From sequence record OP310983.1: a stretch of DNA of 64,000 nucleotides; one strand, written 5' to 3'. Below, piece by piece: positions 36,684-46,324 of this stretch (positions within the stretch are counted from its first letter, which is position 1; each line of letters starts with the position of its first letter). The position numbers and the translations under genes were made by a program. The notes beneath the pieces are model-generated. The model made no database searches. It had not been told where the DNA came from and saw only the letters and a program-made list of their open reading frames with translations.

Positions 36684-36760
36684 TGGTGGGCCCAGCAGGA
36701 CTTGAACCTGCGACCAAGCGATTATGAGTCGCCTGCTCTAACCAACTGAGCTATAGGCCC
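36684..36760 (-). tRNA. tRNA(CAU), most likely Ile2 (lysidine, reads AUA) rather than Met
   Basis: Cloverleaf; GGCGA-CTCATAA-TCGCT arm and C4-G69/C5-G68 pairs as in enterobacterial ileX; lacks the initiator GGG/CCC anticodon stem and C1:A72 mismatch. Confidence 0.9.
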
Positions 36761-36767
36761 TTTTTAT

Positions 36768-37061
36768 TTATTCTGGTAAGAATGTTCCATCTTTTTGACG
36801 GACTAATACACCTGACCATTTGAATGTATTTGTATCACTAGCAGGGCACTCTCTAATTACATTGGTTCTAAATGTGCCATGTGGATAGGTTACAGTGAAT
36901 GTAATATGGTTATTACAAACATGTAATACAGAAGACTTTGCTTCTGTTAGATAGTGTAAGCCTTGAGCTAATTGAATATTAGTTAATTCAGGGTCACTAA
37001 GAATAGCGTAAAGAGCTGTTCCTATAATTTGATGTTCCCATGATATCCATTTATTATCCAT
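36768..37061 (-). CDS. hypothetical protein between tRNAs
   Basis: AGGA RBS. Confidence 0.7.
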   Translation of the reverse strand: MDNKWISWEHQIIGTALYAILSDPELTNIQLAQGLHYLTEAKSSVLHVCNNHITFTVTYPHGTFRTNVIRECPASDTNTFKWSGVLVRQKDGTFLPE

Positions 37062-37082
37062 CCTATTTACCTATTATTAAAA

Positions 37083-37158
37083 TGGTCGGAGTGGGGAGAC
37101 TCGAACTCCCGACATCCTGCTCCCAAAGCAGGCGCGCTACCAACTGCGCTACACTCCG
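37083..37158 (-). tRNA. trnP: tRNA-Pro(UGG)
   Basis: Cloverleaf; loop TTTGGGA; encoded CCA. Confidence 0.97.
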
Positions 37159-37167
37159 TATTTAAAT

Positions 37168-37252
37168 TGGTGCCCGAAGTCGGATTCGAACCGACAAGAC
37201 CGTAGCCGGAAGATTTTAAGTCTTCTGTGTTTACCAATTTCACCATTCGGGC
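37168..37252 (-). tRNA. trnL: tRNA-Leu(UAA)
   Basis: Cloverleaf with long variable arm; loop CTTAAAA; encoded CCA. Confidence 0.97.
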
Positions 37253-37310
37253 ATTGTGCTTCAATACATAACATGTAATGCTAGGTATTTTATTACAACT
37301 TATTTTAAAT

Positions 37311-37763
37311 TCAACGTGGCCATTGTAAAGAAGTTATCTTATTACCATTAATGTAGACATCGGTCACTTCGCACCAATCATTAATTCTGTGTTCAATAAT
37401 TGGAACATCATTTCGGCCAGCCACTCCAATCATATTCCATTTAACATAAATATTCATTAGATCAATTGTTAATTTCTCTTTTATGAGTTTAGGAGAAATT
37501 AATTTAATAATATTAATGTTAAAGAAGTAATTATTAACTTCTTCTAAATATTCATTAGTATTAGTAGTACTAACTTTGCCTTCATGTTCAAGTGAGGATG
37601 GTTTATTCTGATTTACAATATTGCTCACTAGACTTCTTAAAACGGCACTTGCCCTACCAGCTTCGCGTCTTTTATACTTATCATAGTCTTTTACATTAGC
37701 TGCAATTTTATCAAATTCTTTTTGGGCATAGATTAGCCCTGGTAAAAGTTCATTTTTGATCAT
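37311..37763 (-). CDS. hypothetical protein
   Basis: 150 aa ORF. Confidence 0.7.
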   Translation of the reverse strand: MIKNELLPGLIYAQKEFDKIAANVKDYDKYKRREAGRASAVLRSLVSNIVNQNKPSSLEHEGKVSTTNTNEYLEEVNNYFFNINIIKLISPKLIKEKLTIDLMNIYVKWNMIGVAGRNDVPIIEHRINDWCEVTDVYINGNKITSLQWPR

Positions 37764-37834
37764 GTTATAATTACTCTATTTTATTTATACATATTTTAAG
37801 GTACACTAGTAAAAAAACAAAAAAAAAATATAAA

Positions 37835-37852
37835 GCCTCCCCGAAGGGAGGC
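37835..37852 (-). terminator. intrinsic terminator
   Basis: GCCTCCC-CGAA-GGGAGGC with a long T run downstream on the - strand. Confidence 0.8.
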
Positions 37853-37991
37853 GATATATCGTCATTAATGCCCAGCAAAGAGTTTTACTCTCTGGGAGCC
37901 AGTTGGAAGGGGGACTGGCTCCGATTTATTATGACTAATGTAGAAACGAGGGGGAGGGATCATTTCTACATATCATTACATACTCAGTAAG

Positions 37992-39875
37992 TTATTCTTC
38001 AATACCAATGAGCGTATTGCGTTCATTAGTGTTCTCTACGGATGAACCACTTGGGAAGCTACTGATAGACGCTTGCATTAGTTTCAACATATCGATAGCA
38101 AATACTCGATAGGTAGATTCGACCTTAGCATCGTCGTACGCTGCATGAATGTTAAGAATGATATTATCGGCCCGTTTAGCCAGCAGATATACGTCCTCAA
38201 GAGCATCTTTATCTTTAATAGTGGATAGCTTATGTTTGTAGATATCCCCATTGACAGATAGGTCAGGATACTGGGCTACCCAAGTGTCCGCAATAGTCTT
38301 AGTGTTGTTAGACAGAACGTCAATGATAACGTTAGCTGCTTCCACAATACCGGTAGCATCAAGCAACTTAATCTTAGCACCAGCATTATCTGGCCATTTG
38401 GGTTCTTGGAAGTTTGTCTTTACATTGGGTTTCCATTCAGCCAGAAGAGTAGCGACTTTCTTAGGGTCTTGCCAATCATTCCCTTTGAACAGATTAACCA
38501 CGGGGGCTAGTATCTTACTGTTCTCATCCAGAACTTTCTGGTTGTGACGATCAGCTTTAGCTACAGCATTAGTGATATTGGCTTTTGCGGTCTTAGGATC
38601 ATTAGACGCGAACGTCTCGTAACTCGATACTTTTACTTCGCCGGTTTTAAGCTTTGCTTCTGCCACCCATTTGGCATCACCATAGGTACTTTTCAGTGTA
38701 GCAATAGCTTTCTTCTTTTTATCAAGATTGATCTCAGGGCCAGAGTCGAAGATACTCTTAATGGTGTCGATAAGACCTTCATTTGAGACTTGTATAAAAC
38801 CGGGAGTATTAATGATGGACTTCTCTACATACCCGCCACGAATAACTCGATTTATAAAACCATTAAGACCACTACCAGTTTCGGCCATATCTTTCATGAT
38901 TTCTATATTTGTTTCACCAGCACTCTGGGCATTGTATAAATAATAAGAACCATCTTTAAATTTTAGTATAATCCAGTCATCTCCAGTTAGATATGAATCA
39001 ATATTACTATCATTCATACTTTGGTATTTAATGAATTCTGGATTAGTACTTAGTACTTCTTCAATAAACTCTTCTAATGCCGCAGAATTATTAATAGCAT
39101 CAACAGGTGGAATTTCACCATCAATGGGTTCAGTAGTTGGACCAGTAACAATGGCAGGTAACGGATCCTCCTCTACAATAACAGTTTCTTCCACTGGTAG
39201 AGCACCACATGAAGCATCAATTAGTTTATTAAAACTACTAATGATCTCACCAAGTGCTACAAGAACTGCTGGCTGTTCAACTTGTTCAACTTTAGCAATA
39301 CCAGTTTCTGTAAATTCTTCAGTGATTCGGTTATAAACTTCTACTAGTTGGTTAGTAAGTTCTGCTACTTTTGGCAGAGTCTGCTTAGACAGAGGTTCAA
39401 CTACAGTTGTATCTGCTTCAACAAAAATAGAATCATCTTCTTCTAAACGGCTAGTATTAGCTGAGCCAGCTGTGAAGTTATAAGGCATATCTTGAATTAC
39501 TTCATTAATTTCAGATGCCTCCATATCTTCATTTAGACGACCACTATAAGTACGCATCATACCTTCTGCTTCTTTAATAGTGGAATGCGCTAAGCGTCCC
39601 CAATCACCACGCATAATACCGCGCTCGGTAAGACCGCGTGCAGCTGAACCAAGATCAATAGGTTCTTCAATAAATGATTGTTCTTCAACCCACTCCTCAT
39701 TACTGTAACATTCTTTTAGAATGGTTTTAAATTTAGTACTAAAGGGTTGTAGAATCTTTTTATCTACTTGTTCAACATTTGTTTTAAAGTGTTCTAGACT
39801 TGGTGTAGCTTTTGAAGATACTTTTTCAGTACCGCTATATAGCGTACGGTTTAGGAAGTTTAGCATTTTATTCAT
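37992..39875 (-). CDS. multi-domain virion head/inner-body protein (gp303-like) with internal KTSC-like module
   Basis: Two copies of LK..Y....WV; S/A-x-E motifs (PSLE, AALE, VSNE, SVE) typical of gp175 cleavage; acidic linkers; position two genes downstream of nrdB. Confidence 0.7.
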   Translation of the reverse strand: MNKMLNFLNRTLYSGTEKVSSKATPSLEHFKTNVEQVDKKILQPFSTKFKTILKECYSNEEWVEEQSFIEEPIDLGSAARGLTERGIMRGDWGRLAHSTIKEAEGMMRTYSGRLNEDMEASEINEVIQDMPYNFTAGSANTSRLEEDDSIFVEADTTVVEPLSKQTLPKVAELTNQLVEVYNRITEEFTETGIAKVEQVEQPAVLVALGEIISSFNKLIDASCGALPVEETVIVEEDPLPAIVTGPTTEPIDGEIPPVDAINNSAALEEFIEEVLSTNPEFIKYQSMNDSNIDSYLTGDDWIILKFKDGSYYLYNAQSAGETNIEIMKDMAETGSGLNGFINRVIRGGYVEKSIINTPGFIQVSNEGLIDTIKSIFDSGPEINLDKKKKAIATLKSTYGDAKWVAEAKLKTGEVKVSSYETFASNDPKTAKANITNAVAKADRHNQKVLDENSKILAPVVNLFKGNDWQDPKKVATLLAEWKPNVKTNFQEPKWPDNAGAKIKLLDATGIVEAANVIIDVLSNNTKTIADTWVAQYPDLSVNGDIYKHKLSTIKDKDALEDVYLLAKRADNIILNIHAAYDDAKVESTYRVFAIDMLKLMQASISSFPSGSSVENTNERNTLIGIEE

Positions 39876-39930
39876 GTCTACTCTCTCGTTGATGACTGTT
39901 AATAAGAGTGCTATAGAATTGTTAGCATAA

Positions 39931-39952
39931 ACCCTCCCAATTAAGGGAGGGT
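39931..39952 (-). terminator. intrinsic terminator (identical core to 41605-41626)
   Basis: ACCCTCCC-AATTAA-GGGAGGGT. Confidence 0.8.
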
Positions 39953-39960
39953 CATTATGT

Positions 39961-40374
39961 CTACATTATATCCCGTGTACCATCATTCATTTCAACAACA
40001 GTGACTTTATCACCAACCTTTGGTTTTTCATTGGTAACTGTTTGAACCATGTACTGCTTGCCATCTGTATTAACAATCAGTTTACATTGGAATGTTTCAG
40101 TAGCACTAACATTATTACCGACTGCACCGCCAGCGGCACCACCGATTAAACCACCTACCCAACCTCCAGATTTACCAAAGATTGCTCGACCTAATACAGC
40201 GCCTGCGGTGGCTCCAACTGCACCTCCAACAGTAGTACCGACAACACTACTATCTTTAGCAACTAGCTGACATTCTGAATGTGCAATAATACCATCTGTA
40301 GTTGATTTTACTTCAGTTGCTGCAAATAGAACAGTAGACCATATTAAAACTACGAATGCGATAATCTTAATCAT
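39961..40374 (-). CDS. exported glycine-zipper 2TM protein (YcfJ/SlyB-like)
   Basis: Signal peptide; GTTVGGAVGATAGAVLG...GGLIGGAAGGAVGN; C-terminal beta domain PKVGDKVTV. Confidence 0.8.
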   Translation of the reverse strand: MIKIIAFVVLIWSTVLFAATEVKSTTDGIIAHSECQLVAKDSSVVGTTVGGAVGATAGAVLGRAIFGKSGGWVGGLIGGAAGGAVGNNVSATETFQCKLIVNTDGKQYMVQTVTNEKPKVGDKVTVVEMNDGTRDIM

Positions 40375-41534
40375 AAGAAGTCAACCTCAAATTCTTCTTC
40401 TTCACCAACATCATTTACAACGTTGACCATGTAATCAGGCTTCTCTTCTTCCTGAGGAGATGCTTGGGTTGATGAAATATCTAGGTAGTCTTCCATATAA
40501 AGAAGTGGGTTCTTCTCTGGCCAAACAAAATCAAATCCAGCTGATTCTTTAAACTCTACTTGATACTGTTCTACAACATCATTTTCAATACTTAGGAATG
40601 TTGCTGCGGCATTAGCATTGAAAAGTACCCAGTTAATAAGTTTAGTCGCATTAACACCAGTCAGTTCACGACCTTCAGAGAATAGATAATTAACCCAGGT
40701 AACTTCAGTCTTTACAATTTCCCATAGTAGTTCAATGATTTTATCTTTACATTGGCTGTAAGCGAGTTTACCACGTTCAGTTGCCAGTAGTGCACGAATA
40801 ACTTCTTGACCATACTGCGCATGGATTTCGAATTCGTCTTGGGCAATCTTCTTAACAGCAGCTGCAATTTGCTGGAATGCACCGGTGCGGCCAATAGCGA
40901 AAGTTACAGCAAAGGATGCCATGAACTGAATACGCTCAAGGAAATATAGAGCGATGAAGAACATGAATACCTTATTGTAAAGTTCTTGATCATTGGGTAC
41001 CTGATTAAGAGCATACGCGTGAACTGCGTCATGTGCTTCACCCATAGTGCGGGCTACTGCAACCATTCGTTCTTGTGCTTCTTCTACCCTAAGAATTTCA
41101 TCTAGAATAACTTTAGGATCTTTAAAGCTATTACGTACAATCTCAGAATAAGTTAAAGCATGTACGTCTTCATTATCATTAATACGTACATATCCTGCCC
41201 ATACTCGTGAATCAGTCATGACAGGTGATAGAATATTAACAATGGAACGACTGGCTACAGAGTCAGCTTCCCATTGCCACGCCAGTGTCTTAATCATCAT
41301 GTCATAAGTTGATTTATCACATGTTTCAAATTCTACTAGACAAGTAGAAAAGTCAAATTCTAACTCATCCCAATCAAGCATTTTTAGACGCTTATATAGG
41401 TCCCACATTTTAGGATAATGAGTGTGGATTGAATCTAGTAGACCTGGGTCATCTCCAAGAATAATTTCTGGTAGATGATAATCACTCTTAGCCGCATTGA
41501 AGATTTTCTTTGGTAGTTGTGATTTAGTAGACAT
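40371..41534 (-). CDS. nrdB: ribonucleotide reductase class Ia beta subunit
   Basis: WEADSVA, NEDVHALTYS (radical Tyr), LERIQFMASFA and DEFEIHA di-iron motifs. Confidence 0.96.
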   Translation of the reverse strand: MSTKSQLPKKIFNAAKSDYHLPEIILGDDPGLLDSIHTHYPKMWDLYKRLKMLDWDELEFDFSTCLVEFETCDKSTYDMMIKTLAWQWEADSVASRSIVNILSPVMTDSRVWAGYVRINDNEDVHALTYSEIVRNSFKDPKVILDEILRVEEAQERMVAVARTMGEAHDAVHAYALNQVPNDQELYNKVFMFFIALYFLERIQFMASFAVTFAIGRTGAFQQIAAAVKKIAQDEFEIHAQYGQEVIRALLATERGKLAYSQCKDKIIELLWEIVKTEVTWVNYLFSEGRELTGVNATKLINWVLFNANAAATFLSIENDVVEQYQVEFKESAGFDFVWPEKNPLLYMEDYLDISSTQASPQEEEKPDYMVNVVNDVGEEEEFEVDFL

Positions 41535-41602
41535 GTCAGTTCCTTTACAATTTAAAAATATTTCTTACAATAAATAATAGAGGTTAGTATAAATTGGGAA
41601 TA

Positions 41603-41628
41603 ACACCCTCCCAATTAAGGGAGGGTGT
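41603..41628 (-). terminator. hairpin between nrdA and nrdB
   Basis: ACACCCTCCC-AATTAA-GGGAGGGTGT. Confidence 0.75.
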
Positions 41629-41634
41629 ATACAC

Positions 41635-43923
41635 TTAAAGAGTGCACGAACCGCCTGCACACCCAACTTCGGCATTAGTTACCTCAACAGCACGTTCGAG
41701 TGATTTAATATCAAGTCCTGCTGCTGTTTCTAGATTTACATAATACCGGGTTTTCATTCCACGTTTCACCATGTAGAAGTGATTACTTAGCATTTCATTA
41801 GAAGAGATCTTTTCAGAACCTACAATGCGTCGATAGAGGTCCGCACTGATTGTTTGATCAGTCCACTTTTGAATAATGGCATAGCAATCAATAAGATCTT
41901 TAGTGGGGATATCATAAGCTGATTCATACACATAAGAATCATCATCTCCATATGGAGCAGCCCATAGTACACGTGCGCCATTATCAGTCTTATTAAGAAT
42001 TAGACGACGTACCGGATATGGACCATTAGTTGATCCTAGTGCTTTAGATGACGCCTCACCCGGCATGTATGCAGCTAGTACGGAGTGTGCAATACCACCA
42101 TTCTCCTTAATCTCTTTCTCTAGCTCATCCCATGGATAAAGTTCTTCAAAACCACCTTCAATGATAGTGTCCACTGACTTATTATAAGTCTTACGTGGAG
42201 TCCATCCCTCTGGCCATTTAGTCTTATGAATCCAAGGCGCATTACCACGTTCTTTAGCAATCTTAAGTGACGCCTTAATAAGGAAGTACATATGCCGTTC
42301 AGCAATGAAGTGGATTTCAGCTTTACCAGCATCGCTACTATATTTAAGGCCAGCACGTGCCATATGCGTAGCTAGACCCATGATACCAACACCAGCACTC
42401 ATTCGATTCTTAGCGGTTAGTGCAAGGTGTGGGAAAGCATACTCTGCATTAAGGATACAATAGTCAATCATCTTAAGTGCGTAGTAAGCTGCCATTTCAT
42501 AAGTTTGCTTATCAGGAACATTATCCACTGCAATAGCAGCCAGTGAACAAGTAGCAATTTCACCGCGACCATGATCCTCACTAGAATAAAGATCTTCCAT
42601 TCGATAGTAAGGCTTAGTGGGTTCTGCGATTTCAAGGCATAGGTTAGAACTGTAAATAGGTTCTTTAAATGGCGTATGATGATTGAGTTCATCAATTTGA
42701 GCTGAATAGATGGTTCCAGTCTCATATGCTTCAACTAGCATTGATTTGAGAAGATCCCGAGCATTTACATAGGTTTTCTCAAATTTAGGATCTGCTTCAT
42801 ATTTTTCATAAAGCTTAATAAACTTATCAATATTACCACTATAGAAAGCCTCATGTAGATCTGGTGCAGTAAATGGATTGAATACAAAGATCATGCCATC
42901 TTTCTGCGCCGCTTTCTTAGCAAAGAACTTATTACTTAGGAATGCATAGTGAAGATCACGGTTCTTCCTATCCTCAGTAGAACGTGGATTACGTAGCTGG
43001 GTAATCATATCTGCTTCAGGATCGAAAGCACTATAGTAACACGTAACAGCACCACCTCGACCATTCTGTAGGTTAGCCCTTACTGCTTTACCCATTACAT
43101 CGATGTATGGTTTCTTACCTTGGTGAATGATTAGACCATTACGGATAGGATCACCAATTGACCTAGTCATTAAGTTAACACCAATACCTGCTGATGATTG
43201 GGTCATGATGTTGGCAATATAATCACCCATTGCCAGTGATACGCCATTATCACCAGAAGCAAATAGGCAGCATGATGCAAAACCACGAAGCTTAGTACCT
43301 AGATTAACGTAGTTAGGTGTTGGGGCACTAAGAATTTTATTAGAAAGTAGTTTATAGTAATTCTCCACATGGGTCATGCGAGTTTCAGCTGGCTCTTTTT
43401 CAGCTAGAGCCATTGCCATTCGCATATATACAAACTGGGCAGTCTCATATTCTTGACCAGTTTTACGATTACGTAGAGCATACTTTCCACGAATGTGATG
43501 AAGTGAAAAATGCGGACAAAGTAGGTCAAGATCATGATCAATGATCTTTTCAATCTGAGCGTATTCTTTACTACTATAATCTAATTTAACAATGATACCA
43601 TCTTTACGCATCCTGGTTTGAAGCGCTTTAACAGTTGGGATGCCATTTAGACCATAGAACTTCTTACGAAGATAAATCGCATATAGTCGACCAGCCATTA
43701 GATAATAAGACCATGTCTTACGATTTAGACATTCTTCAATAAGTTGTAATTGTAGTTCTTGTGATGAAGTTTTATCACCAAGAGCTTGAACAGCATCCAT
43801 CACAACACTACTCCAATCCACCTTATCGCCAAGATGTTGGGCTGCCCATTCACCCCAACCATTAATCTTAGCAGGTGAGTATGCTTCTTCAGTACCGTCT
43901 AGTTTAATGATAGTTTTTAACAT
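41635..43923 (-). CDS. nrdA: ribonucleotide reductase class Ia alpha subunit
   Basis: SAPTPNYVNLGT, FASCCL, SSNLCLEI, MPGEASS, KTRYYVN and C-terminal CAGGSCTL; likely start MLKTIIKLDG at 43923. Confidence 0.97.
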   Translation of the reverse strand: MLKTIIKLDGTEEAYSPAKINGWGEWAAQHLGDKVDWSSVVMDAVQALGDKTSSQELQLQLIEECLNRKTWSYYLMAGRLYAIYLRKKFYGLNGIPTVKALQTRMRKDGIIVKLDYSSKEYAQIEKIIDHDLDLLCPHFSLHHIRGKYALRNRKTGQEYETAQFVYMRMAMALAEKEPAETRMTHVENYYKLLSNKILSAPTPNYVNLGTKLRGFASCCLFASGDNGVSLAMGDYIANIMTQSSAGIGVNLMTRSIGDPIRNGLIIHQGKKPYIDVMGKAVRANLQNGRGGAVTCYYSAFDPEADMITQLRNPRSTEDRKNRDLHYAFLSNKFFAKKAAQKDGMIFVFNPFTAPDLHEAFYSGNIDKFIKLYEKYEADPKFEKTYVNARDLLKSMLVEAYETGTIYSAQIDELNHHTPFKEPIYSSNLCLEIAEPTKPYYRMEDLYSSEDHGRGEIATCSLAAIAVDNVPDKQTYEMAAYYALKMIDYCILNAEYAFPHLALTAKNRMSAGVGIMGLATHMARAGLKYSSDAGKAEIHFIAERHMYFLIKASLKIAKERGNAPWIHKTKWPEGWTPRKTYNKSVDTIIEGGFEELYPWDELEKEIKENGGIAHSVLAAYMPGEASSKALGSTNGPYPVRRLILNKTDNGARVLWAAPYGDDDSYVYESAYDIPTKDLIDCYAIIQKWTDQTISADLYRRIVGSEKISSNEMLSNHFYMVKRGMKTRYYVNLETAAGLDIKSLERAVEVTNAEVGCAGGSCTL

Positions 43924-44267
43924 TGTTAATTTCCAATTGTGAGTCGTAAGTTCATGTGAAAAAGTATTCAACATATCTTTAGATCAACTAAGTATTTTTA
44001 CGACCCATTTTAAATGAATTTAGTTGATCTATTGTAAAAGCATATTATGGTACATTGGATATCTTTATCTTAAAAACCTCTGTAGCCTTAGTGCCTTAAG
44101 GGTTACAGCTATATAGTCCAATATCGTTCTACCATGCTATTTAAGAGCTTTAAACAATAACCCACTATGTACCCTTAGGTTTTATTTTATCAGCAATATA
44201 ACTTAAAATAGAAATATACCTAAGTGCTTTTTACTATACTACTATTATTTATCGGAGTTAATTAAGA

Positions 44268-44657
44268 ATGTCTTTTTATCTACCGAGATACACCGATCCA
44301 ATTGAAGCAATCGAATGGAAAAAGAACGGTGATATACCTGGTGATGGCGTTATCAATAATATCAACCAAGGTGCTATTGTTGGTTATGCTATACCTACTA
44401 AAGAGTCTACTCTTAGTAATGCGATTTGCCCATTATGTAATCTAACTGAATCTAGTCATGGTATTTTACGTGTGGGTTCAGATAAAGATAAAATTGTCTG
44501 TCCGGGTGATTTTATTATTTTAATTCGTAAAAATAATGGGCGTATATTAGATTACAAATTAATGCGTCAACATGAATTTAATAAACTTTATCAACTGGTA
44601 ACAAAAGAGGAAGCTAAACAATGGGCAATGATGTTGGATCCAGAAAAGAAGGACTAA
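44268..44657 (+). CDS. conserved phage protein (gp1-like), CxxC...H and PGD motif
   Basis: EAIEWKKNGD...CPLC...HG...VCPGDFII...EFNKLY; GGAG RBS. Confidence 0.8.
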   Translation: MSFYLPRYTDPIEAIEWKKNGDIPGDGVINNINQGAIVGYAIPTKESTLSNAICPLCNLTESSHGILRVGSDKDKIVCPGDFIILIRKNNGRILDYKLMRQHEFNKLYQLVTKEEAKQWAMMLDPEKKD

Positions 44658-45205
44658 AGTTATATGAAGCTTTAGTTGAGGACATAATCATCACCAATGA
44701 TCTTGGTACTGGTCTTCGACCATCTCTTAATATAACCACTAGTGATGGTGTAACCAGAAATGTTACATTTGATCAACTTGAGAATTTTATTAAAGTTATA
44801 AAAGCCACGCATGATACGCAAACTGTTGGCACTCCACTACAATGGTGTATTTACAGGTATGCTCCTAATTTAGTTAAAGCTCGATATATTGCAACTAGCT
44901 GGAAAATAACTGTAGACCATGTTAAAAAGACTTTGAATTTTCAAGGTACTTTAAATCACGAAGGTACTGTAATTGATCATCCTAACTATGATCCAGATAT
45001 TACCGCAAGAGAACTAATGTTCGATGAAACTATTACTGATTTTAGTCGATTTGAACAAATTGCTCTGTCTGGAAATATCGCTAACTTTAAAGAAGAATTC
45101 AAAATGATGAAATATAGTTTTGACTTTAGTTACATTATTGAAGTTAGTAATGGCATGACTAGACTCAAGGAGTTAGCTAATGATCAAACTGGATTATCAG
45201 ATTAA
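44621..45205 (+). CDS. chmB: gp2-position protein, probable ChmB (phage-nucleus shell-associated protein)
   Basis: Second gene after nrdA and two genes before DHFR (phiKZ gp4); 194 aa is close to the remembered ChmB size; synteny only. Confidence 0.55.
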   Translation: MGNDVGSRKEGLKLYEALVEDIIITNDLGTGLRPSLNITTSDGVTRNVTFDQLENFIKVIKATHDTQTVGTPLQWCIYRYAPNLVKARYIATSWKITVDHVKKTLNFQGTLNHEGTVIDHPNYDPDITARELMFDETITDFSRFEQIALSGNIANFKEEFKMMKYSFDFSYIIEVSNGMTRLKELANDQTGLSD

Positions 45206-45686
45206 ATCAGAAGTCAATCATCTATTAAATAGATTATTAGTTAAAAACTTAGATGGCACTGTTTATTTTAGAACAACTATTAAAGAAGACGATTTAAAAG
45301 ACTTACCTGTTAATCTGATTAGCCTACAAGTACTTATAAATCTATTGATAGGTTATGAAGGACTAGATATTACAACTAATATTGAGGAATTCACACAGCA
45401 GATTAGTCTGATTCTTTGGGACATGCCCATACTAGAAAAAGGCGAAGTGGAATACCTCTATATTGAACAAGATATTAAGTTGAATGAATTAGTTATTAAA
45501 CATAAAAGACCTGGTGTATTAATTGATGAGAAAGTATATGGTGAATTAACGCTATTACAAATGGCTCAAATTAATTACCTATTAGCGTCTACATTTAAGT
45601 TTAAAACTAATTTCACTTGCTGTAGTTGGGCTATTGAATTTAAAGATAATGAAGTATCTTGTAAATTCTGGCCTAAGGAAAATTGA
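45180..45686 (+). CDS. hypothetical protein (gp3-like)
   Basis: GGAG RBS; overlaps both neighbours. Confidence 0.75.
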   Translation: MIKLDYQIKSEVNHLLNRLLVKNLDGTVYFRTTIKEDDLKDLPVNLISLQVLINLLIGYEGLDITTNIEEFTQQISLILWDMPILEKGEVEYLYIEQDIKLNELVIKHKRPGVLIDEKVYGELTLLQMAQINYLLASTFKFKTNFTCCSWAIEFKDNEVSCKFWPKEN

Positions 45687-46207
45687 TGGCTATTAAATTA
45701 ATCGTTGCCCATGACCTAAATGGTGTCATTGGATATAATAATCTATTACCTTGGCATATACCTGAGGATTTAGCTTTCTTTAAAGAAATGACAACTGGTT
45801 GCTGTGTTATCATGGGTAAAAATACTTTCTTATCCTTAGGTAGTAAACCGTTACCTAATCGTAATAACATTGTTGTATCATCAAGTTTATACCGTAACGG
45901 TAATTACCCAGTATCCTGTGATAATAAATTAGGTGTACTCCCTAATCTAAGTGCAGCTGTTGTTTATGCCACTCATTTCAATAAAGAAACTGGAAAGGAT
46001 GTATGGGTAATTGGTGGTTCTCAACTTTATAAAGAAGTCATTGAAAAAGATATTTTAGATGAAATGTACATCACTACTGTCAAGATGGAAATCGATAATA
46101 GTAGTTGTGTTTATTTCCCTAAAGAAATCATTAAATGGGATAAATGGAAATCAACCATTATTAAAGAAACAGATTTGTGTAAATATACACGTTGGATTAA
46201 AACATAA
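45683..46207 (+). CDS. folA: dihydrofolate reductase
   Basis: LIVA..NGVIG....LPWHIPEDL.FFK, VIMGKNTF.SL..KPLPNRNNIVVS, VIGGSQLY. Confidence 0.97.
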   Translation: MMAIKLIVAHDLNGVIGYNNLLPWHIPEDLAFFKEMTTGCCVIMGKNTFLSLGSKPLPNRNNIVVSSSLYRNGNYPVSCDNKLGVLPNLSAAVVYATHFNKETGKDVWVIGGSQLYKEVIEKDILDEMYITTVKMEIDNSSCVYFPKEIIKWDKWKSTIIKETDLCKYTRWIKT

Positions 46208-46211
46208 TAAT

Positions 46212-46233
46212 AGCCTTCCCTAATGGGAAGGCT
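46212..46233 (+). terminator. intrinsic terminator
   Basis: AGCCTTCCC-TAAT-GGGAAGGCT. Confidence 0.8.
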
Positions 46234-46245
46234 TTATGTCATGTA

Positions 46246-46272
46246 TTCAAACCTATTTAAAGGGTATATTAC
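46246..46272 (+). promoter_or_regulatory. early promoter
   Basis: TTCAAACCTATTTAAAGGG-TATATTAC. Confidence 0.8.
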
Positions 46273-46324
46273 AAAAGTGTAATTAAATATAGATTATTCT
46301 ATTTATTATTGGAGAGTACAGTCC

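Noticed and set aside
37067-37264. 65-aa - strand ORF
   Set aside because: It is a translation of the tRNA-Leu and tRNA-Pro genes
38251-39930. + strand ORFs opposite the head polyprotein
   Set aside because: Shadow frames of the - strand gene, no RBS
43924-44267. NrdR boxes or replication origin in the divergent gap
   Set aside because: Only an 11-bp inverted repeat (43981-43991/44021-44031) is visible; no convincing NrdR consensus or iterons
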